Assembly (NCBI GenBank): GCA_044344255.1
Contig: JBIJDH010000038.1
Coordinates: forward strand, 1-53,385
DNA from: Myxococcota bacterium
Lineage (GTDB): Bacteria; Myxococcota_A; UBA796; UBA2385
Length of the DNA stretch: 53,385 nucleotides
Direction of reading: 5' to 3'
Shown here: piece by piece, positions 17,021-25,666 of the stretch
How the letters are laid out: the number at the start of each line of letters is the position of its first letter
Numbering within the stretch: the stretch's first letter is position 1
The notes under the pieces: model-generated
The model's database searches: none
What the model saw: only the letters and a program-made list of their open reading frames with translations
Told to the model about the DNA's origin: nothing
Made by a program: the position numbers and the translations under genes

Positions 17021-19852
17021 ATGAACGCCCAGCCCTGCGGCCTCTGCGCCGCCATCGAGCCCCTCCGCGCCCTTCGCGCCGCCCCGAAGGCCGCGGGCAG
17101 CCTCCGCATCGACCGCGAGGCCCTCCGCCGCGAGCTCGGCGGCCGGCCCGAGATCGTGGACGCCGCGCCCGCGAAGGCGAGCGGGCGGCCGTCGGCGAAC
17201 GCCGCGGTCATGTGGCGCTACTTCACCACCTCGGTCTACCAGAGCGGTGATCTACCCGTGCTCGCCACCCGCGAGGCCGCCCAGAACGCCCGCGACGCCA
17301 TCGCCAGCGCCGCACGTCGGCGGCAGATCCGCGCAGGCGAGGGCCGCTTCGAGGTGACCTGGGACGCTGCCAGCCGGAGCCTCTCCTGGGACGACAACGG
17401 CGTAGGTATGGACACCGAGACGATCCTCGGGAAGTTCCTGGTCATCGGCGAGAGCGGCAAGCGCGACGCGGGAGACTCCGAGGAGGCGGCCGGCGGCTTC
17501 GGGGTGGCGAAGGCCGTCATCCTCGGCGCGAGCTCGACCTTCCGCTGGGAGCTTCACAGCCGCGACAACCTCGCCGTCGGCCGAGGCGCCGCCTCCGACG
17601 TGGATGTCTTCGACCATCCGCCTCGTCAGGGCACGCGAATCACCATCCATGACGTGAGCGAGGACTTCGACAGCGCCTGGGAGCCCGCCCGATCCGCCTG
17701 GGTGCCGCTCGAGGATCGCCTCCGCGAGCTGCTCGCCGCCAATGACCTCCCCGGCCTCACCCTCGTCTTCAACGGCCACGAGGTCCGACCGATGTTCAGC
17801 CGCCGCGGCGGCTCGAAGGTCGCCGTCGAGGGCTGGTGGGGGTCCGGAACCGAGGCCAGCGTCAAGGCGTACCGCCGGCCCCCCGGCGACAAGGGCGGCG
17901 CCTACTACATCCGCCTCAACGGGCTCTTCCAGTTCCGGGTGTCGGCGCGGCGAAGCGGTCTCAAGGTCGATGTCGTCATCGACCTCGCCACCACCGTCCG
18001 ACCCGGCCAGTCTGGCTACCCGCTGAACGCCGCCCGGGACGCCCTCCAAGACCGCGCCCGCTGGGCCTTCGACGAGCTGGCCGAGGAGGTGGAGCGCGAG
18101 AACGAGAGCACCGGCCGCTCCGACGAAGAAGAGGTCTACGACCCCGACTCCGACGACCCCCGCGAGCGGGCCGGCGCCGACGAGCTCGCCGCCTTGCAGG
18201 ACGAGGCCTTCCGCGACCCGGCCTTCCAGCGCGCCCTCTCTGAAGCTGCCGGCGGCATCATGGGCTTCTATGCCGAGCGCCTGAAATACGCCGAGAAGCA
18301 GGATTCAGTCTCGAGCCTCGCCCCTCGCGGTACTCGACCCGACCGCCGCGGAGGCGACGACGACGGCGACGGCGAAGAGCGCGGCCCCGTGCTCCCCCCT
18401 GGCTTCAAGGCGGCCGAGGCCGCCGCGCCGATCGAAGCGGACATCGCCGCCCCCTCACAAGTCGCCGCCGGAGCGGCCGGAGCGATCCGCGCCTTCCTCC
18501 AGGGTGCCGATGAGGCCGTGCTGGTCGGCAACCCGAACGGGGAAGACCCCTCGTCGGTCGGTCGCCGTGACCGCGGCATCTTCGGCCCCGCGGTCGAGCA
18601 AGCCCTCGACCAGGTCGCCCGCGGCGAGGCGGACGACGCCGCGGTCGCCACCGTCGAGCAGGCGATCGAGCGCGCCGCCGACACCGCGATGGGCCCCGGC
18701 GGCGGGGGCCTCCTGCAGGTGGCGGCGGTGCCCCGGGTCCTCGCGGCCCTCGACCGGGCCACGGGGCAGGCCAAGGCCCGCAACCCCTTCGGCCGCCACG
18801 CGGGCCTGCGCATCTCGAAGAAGACCTACGACCGAGCTCGCGCCGCACGCTTCAAGCGCAGCTACGCCCGCTGGCTGCCCTTCCTCGTCGCCTGGGACGC
18901 GGCGCTCCGCCTCATCGCCGGCGAGGCCCGCATCCGGCGGCGCTTCAAACCGGGCTTCGTCCTCGACGACACCGTGCTCGGCCTCACCGCCCGCACCGAG
19001 CGGGGCTCCTCCGTCATCTACATCCACCCCGATCGGTTCGCTCAGGCGGTGAAGGCCCACCGCGAGCGACCTCTCGCCATCGCCGCCTACCTCCACGGCA
19101 TCGCCTGCCACGAGCTCACCCACCTCGACTCGGGCCGGCTGCACGCCCGCGGCCATGACGAGCGCTACGTCGCCGCCCGTGAGGACCTCGGCGCTGCGAC
19201 GGGGCATCTCCTCCCCGCCATCGCCATCCTCGTCCAGAAGGTGCTCCAGCTCCCGGAGCCCGAGAACGCTGACCACAAGCGCATCGACCGGCTGGGGCGT
19301 GACCTCGACCGGGCTCGGACCACCATCAAGGAGCAGCGGGCGAAGATCGCCCAGCTCCAGCGCTCCCTCGACCGGGTGCCTGGGGATGAGGGCGACCTCA
19401 ATGGACACCAGACGCCGAACACGCGCCTCCGATGGTCCGATCTGCGCGGCTGGCTCGACGCCTGGCGCCAGATCCAGGCACGCCGGATCTCCGCGACCCG
19501 GCACCGACAGGAGGCCGTTCACCTCGACGCGCTGCCCGACGCCGTCATCGAGGCCGCCGGCGCCGCCGATCGCGACGAGTTCGAGCAGCTCCTCTTCGCG
19601 ACCCGCCCGCCCCCGGGCCTCCGCGCCGATCACCCCTCGGTGCGGCTCCTGAACGCCATCGACCGGGCCCGAGGTGGAGCGGGTCGGGTGAAGAAGGGCC
19701 TCGACGCCGGCCGCCTGCTCGGCGTCGCCATCGCCACCCTGCGCGCTCGTCCGCCCGGCGACCTCGATCCAGCCTACATCGACGGCTTCGTCGCCCGGAA
19801 CCGGCCGAGCCTGCTCACGCTCATCCACGGGGCCTTCGGGGGGGCGCCATGA
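17021..19852 (+). CDS. GHKL (HATPase/MORC-like) ATPase fused to a zincin-like HExxH metallopeptidase and a C-terminal tag module
   Basis: REAAQNARDA, DDNGVGM, GGFGVAK and GTRI Bergerat motifs. ACHELTH...GHDERY peptidase motif, then a coiled coil. Start at ATG 17021 avoids overlap with the antitoxin gene. Confidence 0.85.
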   Translation: MNAQPCGLCAAIEPLRALRAAPKAAGSLRIDREALRRELGGRPEIVDAAPAKASGRPSANAAVMWRYFTTSVYQSGDLPVLATREAAQNARDAIASAARRRQIRAGEGRFEVTWDAASRSLSWDDNGVGMDTETILGKFLVIGESGKRDAGDSEEAAGGFGVAKAVILGASSTFRWELHSRDNLAVGRGAASDVDVFDHPPRQGTRITIHDVSEDFDSAWEPARSAWVPLEDRLRELLAANDLPGLTLVFNGHEVRPMFSRRGGSKVAVEGWWGSGTEASVKAYRRPPGDKGGAYYIRLNGLFQFRVSARRSGLKVDVVIDLATTVRPGQSGYPLNAARDALQDRARWAFDELAEEVERENESTGRSDEEEVYDPDSDDPRERAGADELAALQDEAFRDPAFQRALSEAAGGIMGFYAERLKYAEKQDSVSSLAPRGTRPDRRGGDDDGDGEERGPVLPPGFKAAEAAAPIEADIAAPSQVAAGAAGAIRAFLQGADEAVLVGNPNGEDPSSVGRRDRGIFGPAVEQALDQVARGEADDAAVATVEQAIERAADTAMGPGGGGLLQVAAVPRVLAALDRATGQAKARNPFGRHAGLRISKKTYDRARAARFKRSYARWLPFLVAWDAALRLIAGEARIRRRFKPGFVLDDTVLGLTARTERGSSVIYIHPDRFAQAVKAHRERPLAIAAYLHGIACHELTHLDSGRLHARGHDERYVAAREDLGAATGHLLPAIAILVQKVLQLPEPENADHKRIDRLGRDLDRARTTIKEQRAKIAQLQRSLDRVPGDEGDLNGHQTPNTRLRWSDLRGWLDAWRQIQARRISATRHRQEAVHLDALPDAVIEAAGAADRDEFEQLLFATRPPPGLRADHPSVRLLNAIDRARGGAGRVKKGLDAGRLLGVAIATLRARPPGDLDPAYIDGFVARNRPSLLTLIHGAFGGAP

Positions 19853-21996
19853 ACCCGGAGATCTTGCTGGAGGCCGCCGCCCGGGTCCTTCGCGCCCGAC
19901 CGCCCGAGGGCATCGACGCCGCCTACATCGACGCCTTCCTCGACCGGAACCGCGACCAGCTCGAGGAGATCGTCCGCCTCGCCTTCTCGACTCGGCGCGC
20001 TGAGCCGCCCCTTCGCCGGTTCCAGGAGGAGCACCGCCTCGCCCGCAAGGTGCTTCACTTCACGGTCGCGTTCCTCGCCCAGCCCAGCCGCGACCCCGAG
20101 GAGGCCGCGCTCCTCGCCGAGATGCTCGACGGAATCGCCGACCACGCCGCCTATGAGGACCGCGTCCTCTTCCCCGCCCTTCTCCGCGAGGTGCCCGAGG
20201 CGGAGCCCGCCATCGAGCACGCGATCGGTGAGCACGAGCTCATCGGCGAGCACCTCTTCGCGCTCACCGCGGCCCTCCGCGCAGGGCGCCGCTACGACGG
20301 GCCGGCAATTCCTCTGATCCTCCACCACTTCGAGGAAGAGGAGGAGGCGCTGCTCCCCCTCGCCGGCGCGGTCCGCGAGACGCCGGCGGGCGAGCCGGGC
20401 CGCCTCCAGCTCCTCCAGACCCGAATCGAGGCCCTGCGCCCGCGGCCCACTCTCGACGCTCCGCCGCCGGAGCCCACCCCCGAGGCCGACGCGGTCCTCA
20501 CCCCGAACGGCGGCGCCCGAAGCGGCACGCCCATGCCGCCGGAACGCTGGCAGCGCGGGATGCGCCTCGTCAATGAGGCTGGTCAGCACGGCACCCTCGA
20601 CGAGGTCCGGCGGTGGGTCCTCCGAACCCGGAGCGCGCTCGGTCACCTCGCCGAGGAGACGCAGACCGACGCCCTCTTCGTCCTCGACTCGGGCCGCACC
20701 ATCACCCTCTTCCCGCCCGCCTTCGCAGAGCGGCGGCGGTCGAGCCTCGTCGTCCCAGACGTGCGCCTCGACGGCCGGACCTTCCTCGACCCCAAGGTCG
20801 CCTGGCAACGGGTGAACCAGGCTCGGCTCCAGATCGGCCACGCCGCCGAGAAGGCCGACGCCGCCCGCAAGCCCGACCAGAAGGAGCGTTGGCGGCGAGA
20901 GTCGGCGTCGGCCCTGCGCCTCTTCCAAGAGACCGCCCGCGCCTTCCTCGCCTGGGTGGCGGAGCACCCCGAGGTGGCGATCGAGGGCTTCGACCCAAAG
21001 GAAGCGCGGCGCCTCGTGCTAGAGCTCCAGCCGACCCGGACGCCCGCCGAGGAGTGGGAGCGGGCGGCAATCCAGCGGCTCCCCAAGGACTGGCTGGAGC
21101 GGTGGGTGGTCGGGGACGCTGTGCTGCTGCACCTTCACGACGGTCGGGAGCCTCGACCCGACACCGGCTGGCGCATCACCCAGGTGGAGGGCCACGAGGC
21201 CGAGCTCGAGCGCGGCGGCCAGCGCCACCGGCTGCCCCTCTGGATGCTGAGCCGCGATCCGACCGCGCCCGCCGCACCGGCGACCTACCCGGCGCCCACC
21301 GAAGACCGGTGGCTCGTGGACATCGGCCAGGAGCTGGTCGTCGCCGGGGGCACCGTCAGCCGCGCCGCCGTCGCGAGCGCGGTCAAGCGCTATCTCGCTG
21401 GGAAGGGCGTCCCCGTGCGGACGTCGGTGAACCGGGGCGCCTGGGTCAGCTCCATCACGTTGGAGCCGACCGCCGGCCGCTTCGACGCCGCTGTGCAGGA
21501 GCGCCTGCGCGCGCTCCTCCCCGGCCTGCTCGTCCAGGCGCAGTACGCCTCCTTCGAGCCCGCCCGCCGCGAGGCGCAGGCCTTCGACCCCTACGCCGAC
21601 TACTCCGGCAAGGCCGCCGGGCTGCGCATCCTCGCCGCCGAGGTGCCGGCCTTCGCCGCGATCTTCGCCGCCGCGCTCCGAGGCGAGGGCCAGGCGCTGA
21701 GCCGGCTCGGGGAGTCGCTGTCCGCGGGCGCGGAAGCGACCCCGACCCGAGGCGGCGCCACCCAGACGCAGCGCGCGATGGCGGCCTCGGGCTGCATCGA
21801 CATGGAGTTCGAGCTCCTGGGCGTGGGCCGCGTCCGCGTGGTCTGCGCCCAGGCCGGTCGGCGGGACCTCTGGCACAACCTCTGGGTCGAAAGCGTGCGC
21901 TACGGCTACAACGGCGGGCGCTGGGCGAAGGGGATGCGGCCGCCGCCGGCGGTGCTCGAGGCGGTGCGCGAGCGGGGGGTGGCCGCCTTCGGGTGA
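19849..21996 (+). CDS. Multidomain protein: N-terminal tag module, hemerythrin-like (HHE) domain, several unassigned domains
   Basis: ATGA coupling at 19849. EEH...HAAYEDRVLFPAL...EHELI...HHFEEEEEALLP matches the H/HxxxE hemerythrin pattern. Confidence 0.8.
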   Translation: MNPEILLEAAARVLRARPPEGIDAAYIDAFLDRNRDQLEEIVRLAFSTRRAEPPLRRFQEEHRLARKVLHFTVAFLAQPSRDPEEAALLAEMLDGIADHAAYEDRVLFPALLREVPEAEPAIEHAIGEHELIGEHLFALTAALRAGRRYDGPAIPLILHHFEEEEEALLPLAGAVRETPAGEPGRLQLLQTRIEALRPRPTLDAPPPEPTPEADAVLTPNGGARSGTPMPPERWQRGMRLVNEAGQHGTLDEVRRWVLRTRSALGHLAEETQTDALFVLDSGRTITLFPPAFAERRRSSLVVPDVRLDGRTFLDPKVAWQRVNQARLQIGHAAEKADAARKPDQKERWRRESASALRLFQETARAFLAWVAEHPEVAIEGFDPKEARRLVLELQPTRTPAEEWERAAIQRLPKDWLERWVVGDAVLLHLHDGREPRPDTGWRITQVEGHEAELERGGQRHRLPLWMLSRDPTAPAAPATYPAPTEDRWLVDIGQELVVAGGTVSRAAVASAVKRYLAGKGVPVRTSVNRGAWVSSITLEPTAGRFDAAVQERLRALLPGLLVQAQYASFEPARREAQAFDPYADYSGKAAGLRILAAEVPAFAAIFAAALRGEGQALSRLGESLSAGAEATPTRGGATQTQRAMAASGCIDMEFELLGVGRVRVVCAQAGRRDLWHNLWVESVRYGYNGGRWAKGMRPPPAVLEAVRERGVAAFG

Positions 21997-22107
21997 GCAG
22001 CTCTTCAGGGGACCGAAAGCCTGGCCAAAGGCCGCCTGCCTTGTGGCTGCAAGCGAAGGCCCGCCTCGATCGCGGAAGAACCGATAGCAGGGGTCGAGGA
22101 GGTCCAA

Positions 22108-22740
22108 GTGAGCGAACGACGCCCGGCGGCCCCACGGGTCGCCCTCTACGCCCGTGTCAGCACGGTCGGGCACGGTCAGGACGTAGGACTCCAGCTCGAC
22201 GAGCTGCGCCAGGTCGCCGCCCAGCGCGGGTGGGCCTCGGTGGAGTACGTCGACGCTGGAGTGTCCGGCTCCAAGACATCCCGGCCCGGACTGGACCGCA
22301 TGATGGCGGATGCGCAGGCCGGGAAGCTCGATCTCGTCGCCGTTTGGAAGCTCGACCGCCTCGGGCGCTCGCTCCAACACGTCCTTGGTGTCTTGGACCA
22401 GCTCACCAGCCAGGGCGTCGGCTTTGTCTCCCTCCGCGACGCCGGCCTCGACACGACCACTCCCGCCGGCCGGCTGTTCACCTCCATGATCGCGGCGTTC
22501 AGTGAGTTCGAACGCGGACTTATCCAGGAGCGCGTCGTCGCTGGGGTGCGGCGCGCGCAGGCCGCCGGGAAGCACTGCGGCAGGCCACGGAAGGAGGTCG
22601 ATCTTCGGCCCGCAGTGGCCCTCTTGAAGGAGGGGCGGGGGTTGAAGGACGTGGCCCGGATCCTGAAGGTGCCGCGGGCCACGCTCCGACGGCGGCTGGA
22701 GGAGGCGGGGCAGTGGCCCATGGAGCGGGCCGCGGCGTAG
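22108..22740 (+). CDS. Small serine recombinase (resolvase/invertase family) with C-terminal HTH
   Basis: VALYARVST (catalytic Ser), GVSGSKTSRPGL, VWKLDRLGRS, EFER..I.ER...G...A...GK..GRP. GAGGAGG RBS. Confidence 0.95.
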   Translation: MSERRPAAPRVALYARVSTVGHGQDVGLQLDELRQVAAQRGWASVEYVDAGVSGSKTSRPGLDRMMADAQAGKLDLVAVWKLDRLGRSLQHVLGVLDQLTSQGVGFVSLRDAGLDTTTPAGRLFTSMIAAFSEFERGLIQERVVAGVRRAQAAGKHCGRPRKEVDLRPAVALLKEGRGLKDVARILKVPRATLRRRLEEAGQWPMERAAA

Positions 22741-22759
22741 AGTGCCGGGCGGAGGTACA

Positions 22760-23599
22760 ATGGCGCACGTTCAGATCAACCTGAGTGACAACCCGGCGCA
22801 CACGGCCCTCAGCCAGGCGGCAGCGGCGATGGGCGTGAACTTCGCCGCTCTCGTGGCGAGGGTGGCCATTTGGGCCCCACAATCGGCCCACCAGGAGCGG
22901 GTCACCCCGGAGAACTCAACCGGGGCCGTGTACCCTCACATCCGTCGCGCTCGGCCGGGTTCCGGCGAGCGCGCAGGAACCAGGGTCGACGGAGTCCTCT
23001 TCGACCGAAACAACTATGCCGGGCACGCTATCCGCCACGCAGTCGGGCACCCCCGGTCGGCCCTGGCCGGCTATCAGGCGTGCCACATCTGGCCGAGCAC
23101 CTGCTACGACGAGCGCTACCACACTGTCCTCGCCAACCTCGCCCTCATCCCGGCGAGCCTGGTCAGCCTCTCCGACCACGAGCCGTCGGTGATCGCGGCG
23201 CTCCAGTATCGGGCCTTCGAGCTGTACGGGTGGCACCCGGTCGAGCACCCCGCTCCCCAACACCCCGTCGGCTACCCCGAGCTGTGGTTGGCCCCCACGG
23301 CGCCTCCGGAGCGAACCGCTGGGGTCGCACGCTCCACCCGCCTTCGGCCATCCGGTCCATCTGGTCTCCGTGTCCCGCTCGCCCCACCCCCTCGCCCGGC
23401 GGGCGCCGAGTCCCAGCGCGAAGTCCTCCAGCGACTTTGGACCGATCTCCGCGGCGATGAGCCTGCCGTGGTTCGTGCGTGGGTGGCAGCGGAACAGGCA
23501 GGCGTCGTGGTGCGGAGGAGCAACCTGCGGCAGAAGCCCGCCGAGGACTACGCGCGGCGCCTGATCTACGACGGACTCAAGAGGGGCTGGCTCCAGTGA
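22760..23599 (+). CDS. Hypothetical protein with an HNH-like core
   Basis: GGAGG RBS before ATG 22760. ACHIWP...LANLALIP resembles the H...N arrangement of HNH nucleases. Confidence 0.55.
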   Translation: MAHVQINLSDNPAHTALSQAAAAMGVNFAALVARVAIWAPQSAHQERVTPENSTGAVYPHIRRARPGSGERAGTRVDGVLFDRNNYAGHAIRHAVGHPRSALAGYQACHIWPSTCYDERYHTVLANLALIPASLVSLSDHEPSVIAALQYRAFELYGWHPVEHPAPQHPVGYPELWLAPTAPPERTAGVARSTRLRPSGPSGLRVPLAPPPRPAGAESQREVLQRLWTDLRGDEPAVVRAWVAAEQAGVVVRRSNLRQKPAEDYARRLIYDGLKRGWLQ

Positions 23600-23610
23600 G
23601 CGGCCTGGCC

Positions 23611-23720
23611 GGTGGCAAGAAGGTGGGTCCGCCGGGGTCCAGAAGGCTGGCCTCCGCGGAGGGGGCTGGAAGGGGGATCAAGGGGTCCAGAAGGCAGGGC
23701 CGGATCGGGGGCCAGAAGGA
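23611..23720 (+). repeat. Five imperfect 13-bp direct repeats (consensus GGGGTCCAGAAGG), spaced 21-27 bp
   Basis: Copies begin at 23611, 23634, 23661, 23682 and 23707. Those at 23634 and 23682 are identical over 14 bp (GGGGTCCAGAAGGC). Confidence 0.65.
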
Positions 23721-23866
23721 GGTGCTTTGGCGCCCGCTGGGGGCTCAGGTCGGGTTACCGTAGAGCGTCCGCGTGAGGCTCTGCATTCGGGGATGCCGCT
23801 CCCCGTTGCCCTCATCAAACATCTCAGCTCCCCAATATCCATCTCGCCCAAGATCCAGAGGGACGT

Positions 23867-25666
23867 TTGACCTCATCGCTTGAACTACGCTCGATCAGCG
23901 ATCTGTTGAACGAGCGTTTCATCATCCCAGCCTACCAGCGGGGCTACAGATGGACTGAGCGCCAAGTCACCGAACTGCTGGACGACCTGCACGAGTTCGG
24001 GCGTGACAGTGACAGTCTTCCCAAGGAGGCGTTCTACTGCCTGCAGCCGGTGGTGGTCCTGCCGTGTGAGGACGGCAGCTGGGAGCTCATCGACGGCCAG
24101 CAGCGGCTGACCACCCTCTTCCTGGTCATGGGGGCGTTGGGCATGGTGATGCAGATGCTGGGCAAGCAGCGCTACGAGATCCGTTACGAGACCCGACCTC
24201 GCAGTGGGCAGTTCCTGACTTCTCTGTCCGCCGAGCAGGCCGAAGAGAACATCGATTTCCACCACCTCTACCGAGCCCACGCGGCCATCGAGGCTTGGTT
24301 CGCCGCCCATGACGGCACGGTCAAGCTCAACCTGCTCAACCGCCTGCTCGCGCCGCAGGACCGAAACGTCAAGGTCATCTGGTACCAGCTGCCCCAGTCC
24401 GAAGACCCCGTGCAAGTCTTCATCCGCCTCAACGTGGGCAAGATCCCGCTCACCAACGCCGAGCTCATCCGGGCGCTCTTCCTGCGAGATCGGAACTTCG
24501 GCAGTCCCAGCGCAGCGCCCTCGCGCATCCAGGTGGCCCAAGAGTGGGACGCCCTGGAGAAGCGCCTGCAGCACAACCCCTTCTGGTACTTCCTTCACGA
24601 TGGGGCCGACGACTACGCCGCCCGCATCGAGTATCTCTTCGAGATCAAAGTGCAGGAGCTGGGGCTGGAGCGCCCCGCCCACGACGACTACAGGACCTTC
24701 ATCGCCTACCAGTACCACTTCCTCGAAGGGGCTTCGGTGGAGTCCACTTGGCGCGAGGTGCGCCAGCTCGCGCAGAGGCTGGAGGAGTGGTACGGCGACC
24801 GCACCCTCTACCACCTCGTGGGCTACTGGATCGCCACCTCCCCTGGCTCCAGCGGTGAGGTGATCGTGGAGTTGCTCCGGCGCCGCCGAAGCTCCACGCG
24901 CACCGACTTCGACCAGCATTTGCGGGGTCTGATCTTCGAGCACCTCGTGCGTTCCCCCATCAATCGGCAGGACCGAGAAGATGTGGTCGAGGTCCTGAGG
25001 GAGCGCCTGGGCAACCTGACCTACGACAGGTCCAGCGACAAGACCACCATCCGAGCCGTTCTACTGCTGTTCAACATCGCCACCCTGCTGCGCAACACCG
25101 GCTCCAACCTACGCTTCCCCTTCGACCTCTTCAAGCCGGAGCGCTGGGACATCGAACACGTTCGCTCAGTGCGCTCGGAAATGCCGGGTCGCGTGGACGA
25201 CCGCAAGGCCTGGCTGGCGCAGGTAGTGCGGTACTGGAACCAACCCGAGTTGGGGGGGAGCGGCGAGCGCAGCTTGGCCCGAGACGCGTTGAGGAACGAC
25301 GCGCAGGCGCTGCTGAGCGCCGAAGTCTGGGACGACGGCGCCTTCGAGGACCTCTACGACCGACTACTCACCCATTTCGAGGAAGCGCTGGGCAGCGAGG
25401 CGGACCACGGGCTGGCCAACCTCACCCTGCTCGATGACAGCACAAACCGGGCCTACAAGAATGCCGTATTCCCTGTGAAACGTCGTTGGATCCTGGAGCT
25501 GGACAAGAAGGGGACCTTTGTGCCTCTGTGCACCACCAACGTGTTCCTCAAATACTACAGCGGCGACATCGAGCAGATGATGTTCTGGCGCGCCGACGAC
25601 GGCAAACGTTACTTCGAGGCCATCGTCGAGATGCTGGGCCACTTCTTCACGGGGGAAGGGGTATGA
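23867..25666 (+). CDS. GmrSD-family protein: DUF262 (ParB/Srx) plus C-terminal DUF1524-like HNH
   Basis: IPAYQRGYRW, IDGQQRLTT, FIRLNVGKIPLT; DIEHV...LANLTLLD..TN...N. Confidence 0.9.
   Translation: MTSSLELRSISDLLNERFIIPAYQRGYRWTERQVTELLDDLHEFGRDSDSLPKEAFYCLQPVVVLPCEDGSWELIDGQQRLTTLFLVMGALGMVMQMLGKQRYEIRYETRPRSGQFLTSLSAEQAEENIDFHHLYRAHAAIEAWFAAHDGTVKLNLLNRLLAPQDRNVKVIWYQLPQSEDPVQVFIRLNVGKIPLTNAELIRALFLRDRNFGSPSAAPSRIQVAQEWDALEKRLQHNPFWYFLHDGADDYAARIEYLFEIKVQELGLERPAHDDYRTFIAYQYHFLEGASVESTWREVRQLAQRLEEWYGDRTLYHLVGYWIATSPGSSGEVIVELLRRRRSSTRTDFDQHLRGLIFEHLVRSPINRQDREDVVEVLRERLGNLTYDRSSDKTTIRAVLLLFNIATLLRNTGSNLRFPFDLFKPERWDIEHVRSVRSEMPGRVDDRKAWLAQVVRYWNQPELGGSGERSLARDALRNDAQALLSAEVWDDGAFEDLYDRLLTHFEEALGSEADHGLANLTLLDDSTNRAYKNAVFPVKRRWILELDKKGTFVPLCTTNVFLKYYSGDIEQMMFWRADDGKRYFEAIVEMLGHFFTGEGV

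Larger units (their letters stand above)
1..21996 (+). mobile_element. Putative provirus / virus-like element (partial; left end outside window), possibly tailless and membrane-containing, carrying polyvalent conflict proteins
   Basis: Co-oriented genes coupled by ATGA/GTGA/TGATG overlaps (3274, 3867, 5357, 5500, 12091, 13108, 14828, 19849). Includes fibre-like proteins, two peptidoglycan hydrolases, a DarB-like gene and a transglutaminase-like gene. No terminase, portal or tail genes in the window. Boundaries are inferred. Confidence 0.6.

Noticed and set aside
15984..17024. 346-aa + strand ORF as an intact cytosine methylase
   Set aside because: Only motif I is present. The rest is the antisense of the PIN and antitoxin genes.
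19580..19670. Fifth tag copy in the GHKL protein (LLFATRPPPGLRADH...)
   Set aside because: It shares only RPP.G and lacks the Y-h-D-x-F-h-x-RNR core.
23611..23720. CRISPR array
   Set aside because: Repeats are 13 bp and imperfect, spacers are about 10 bp, and there are no cas genes. The same applies to the 47114 and 51912 repeats.
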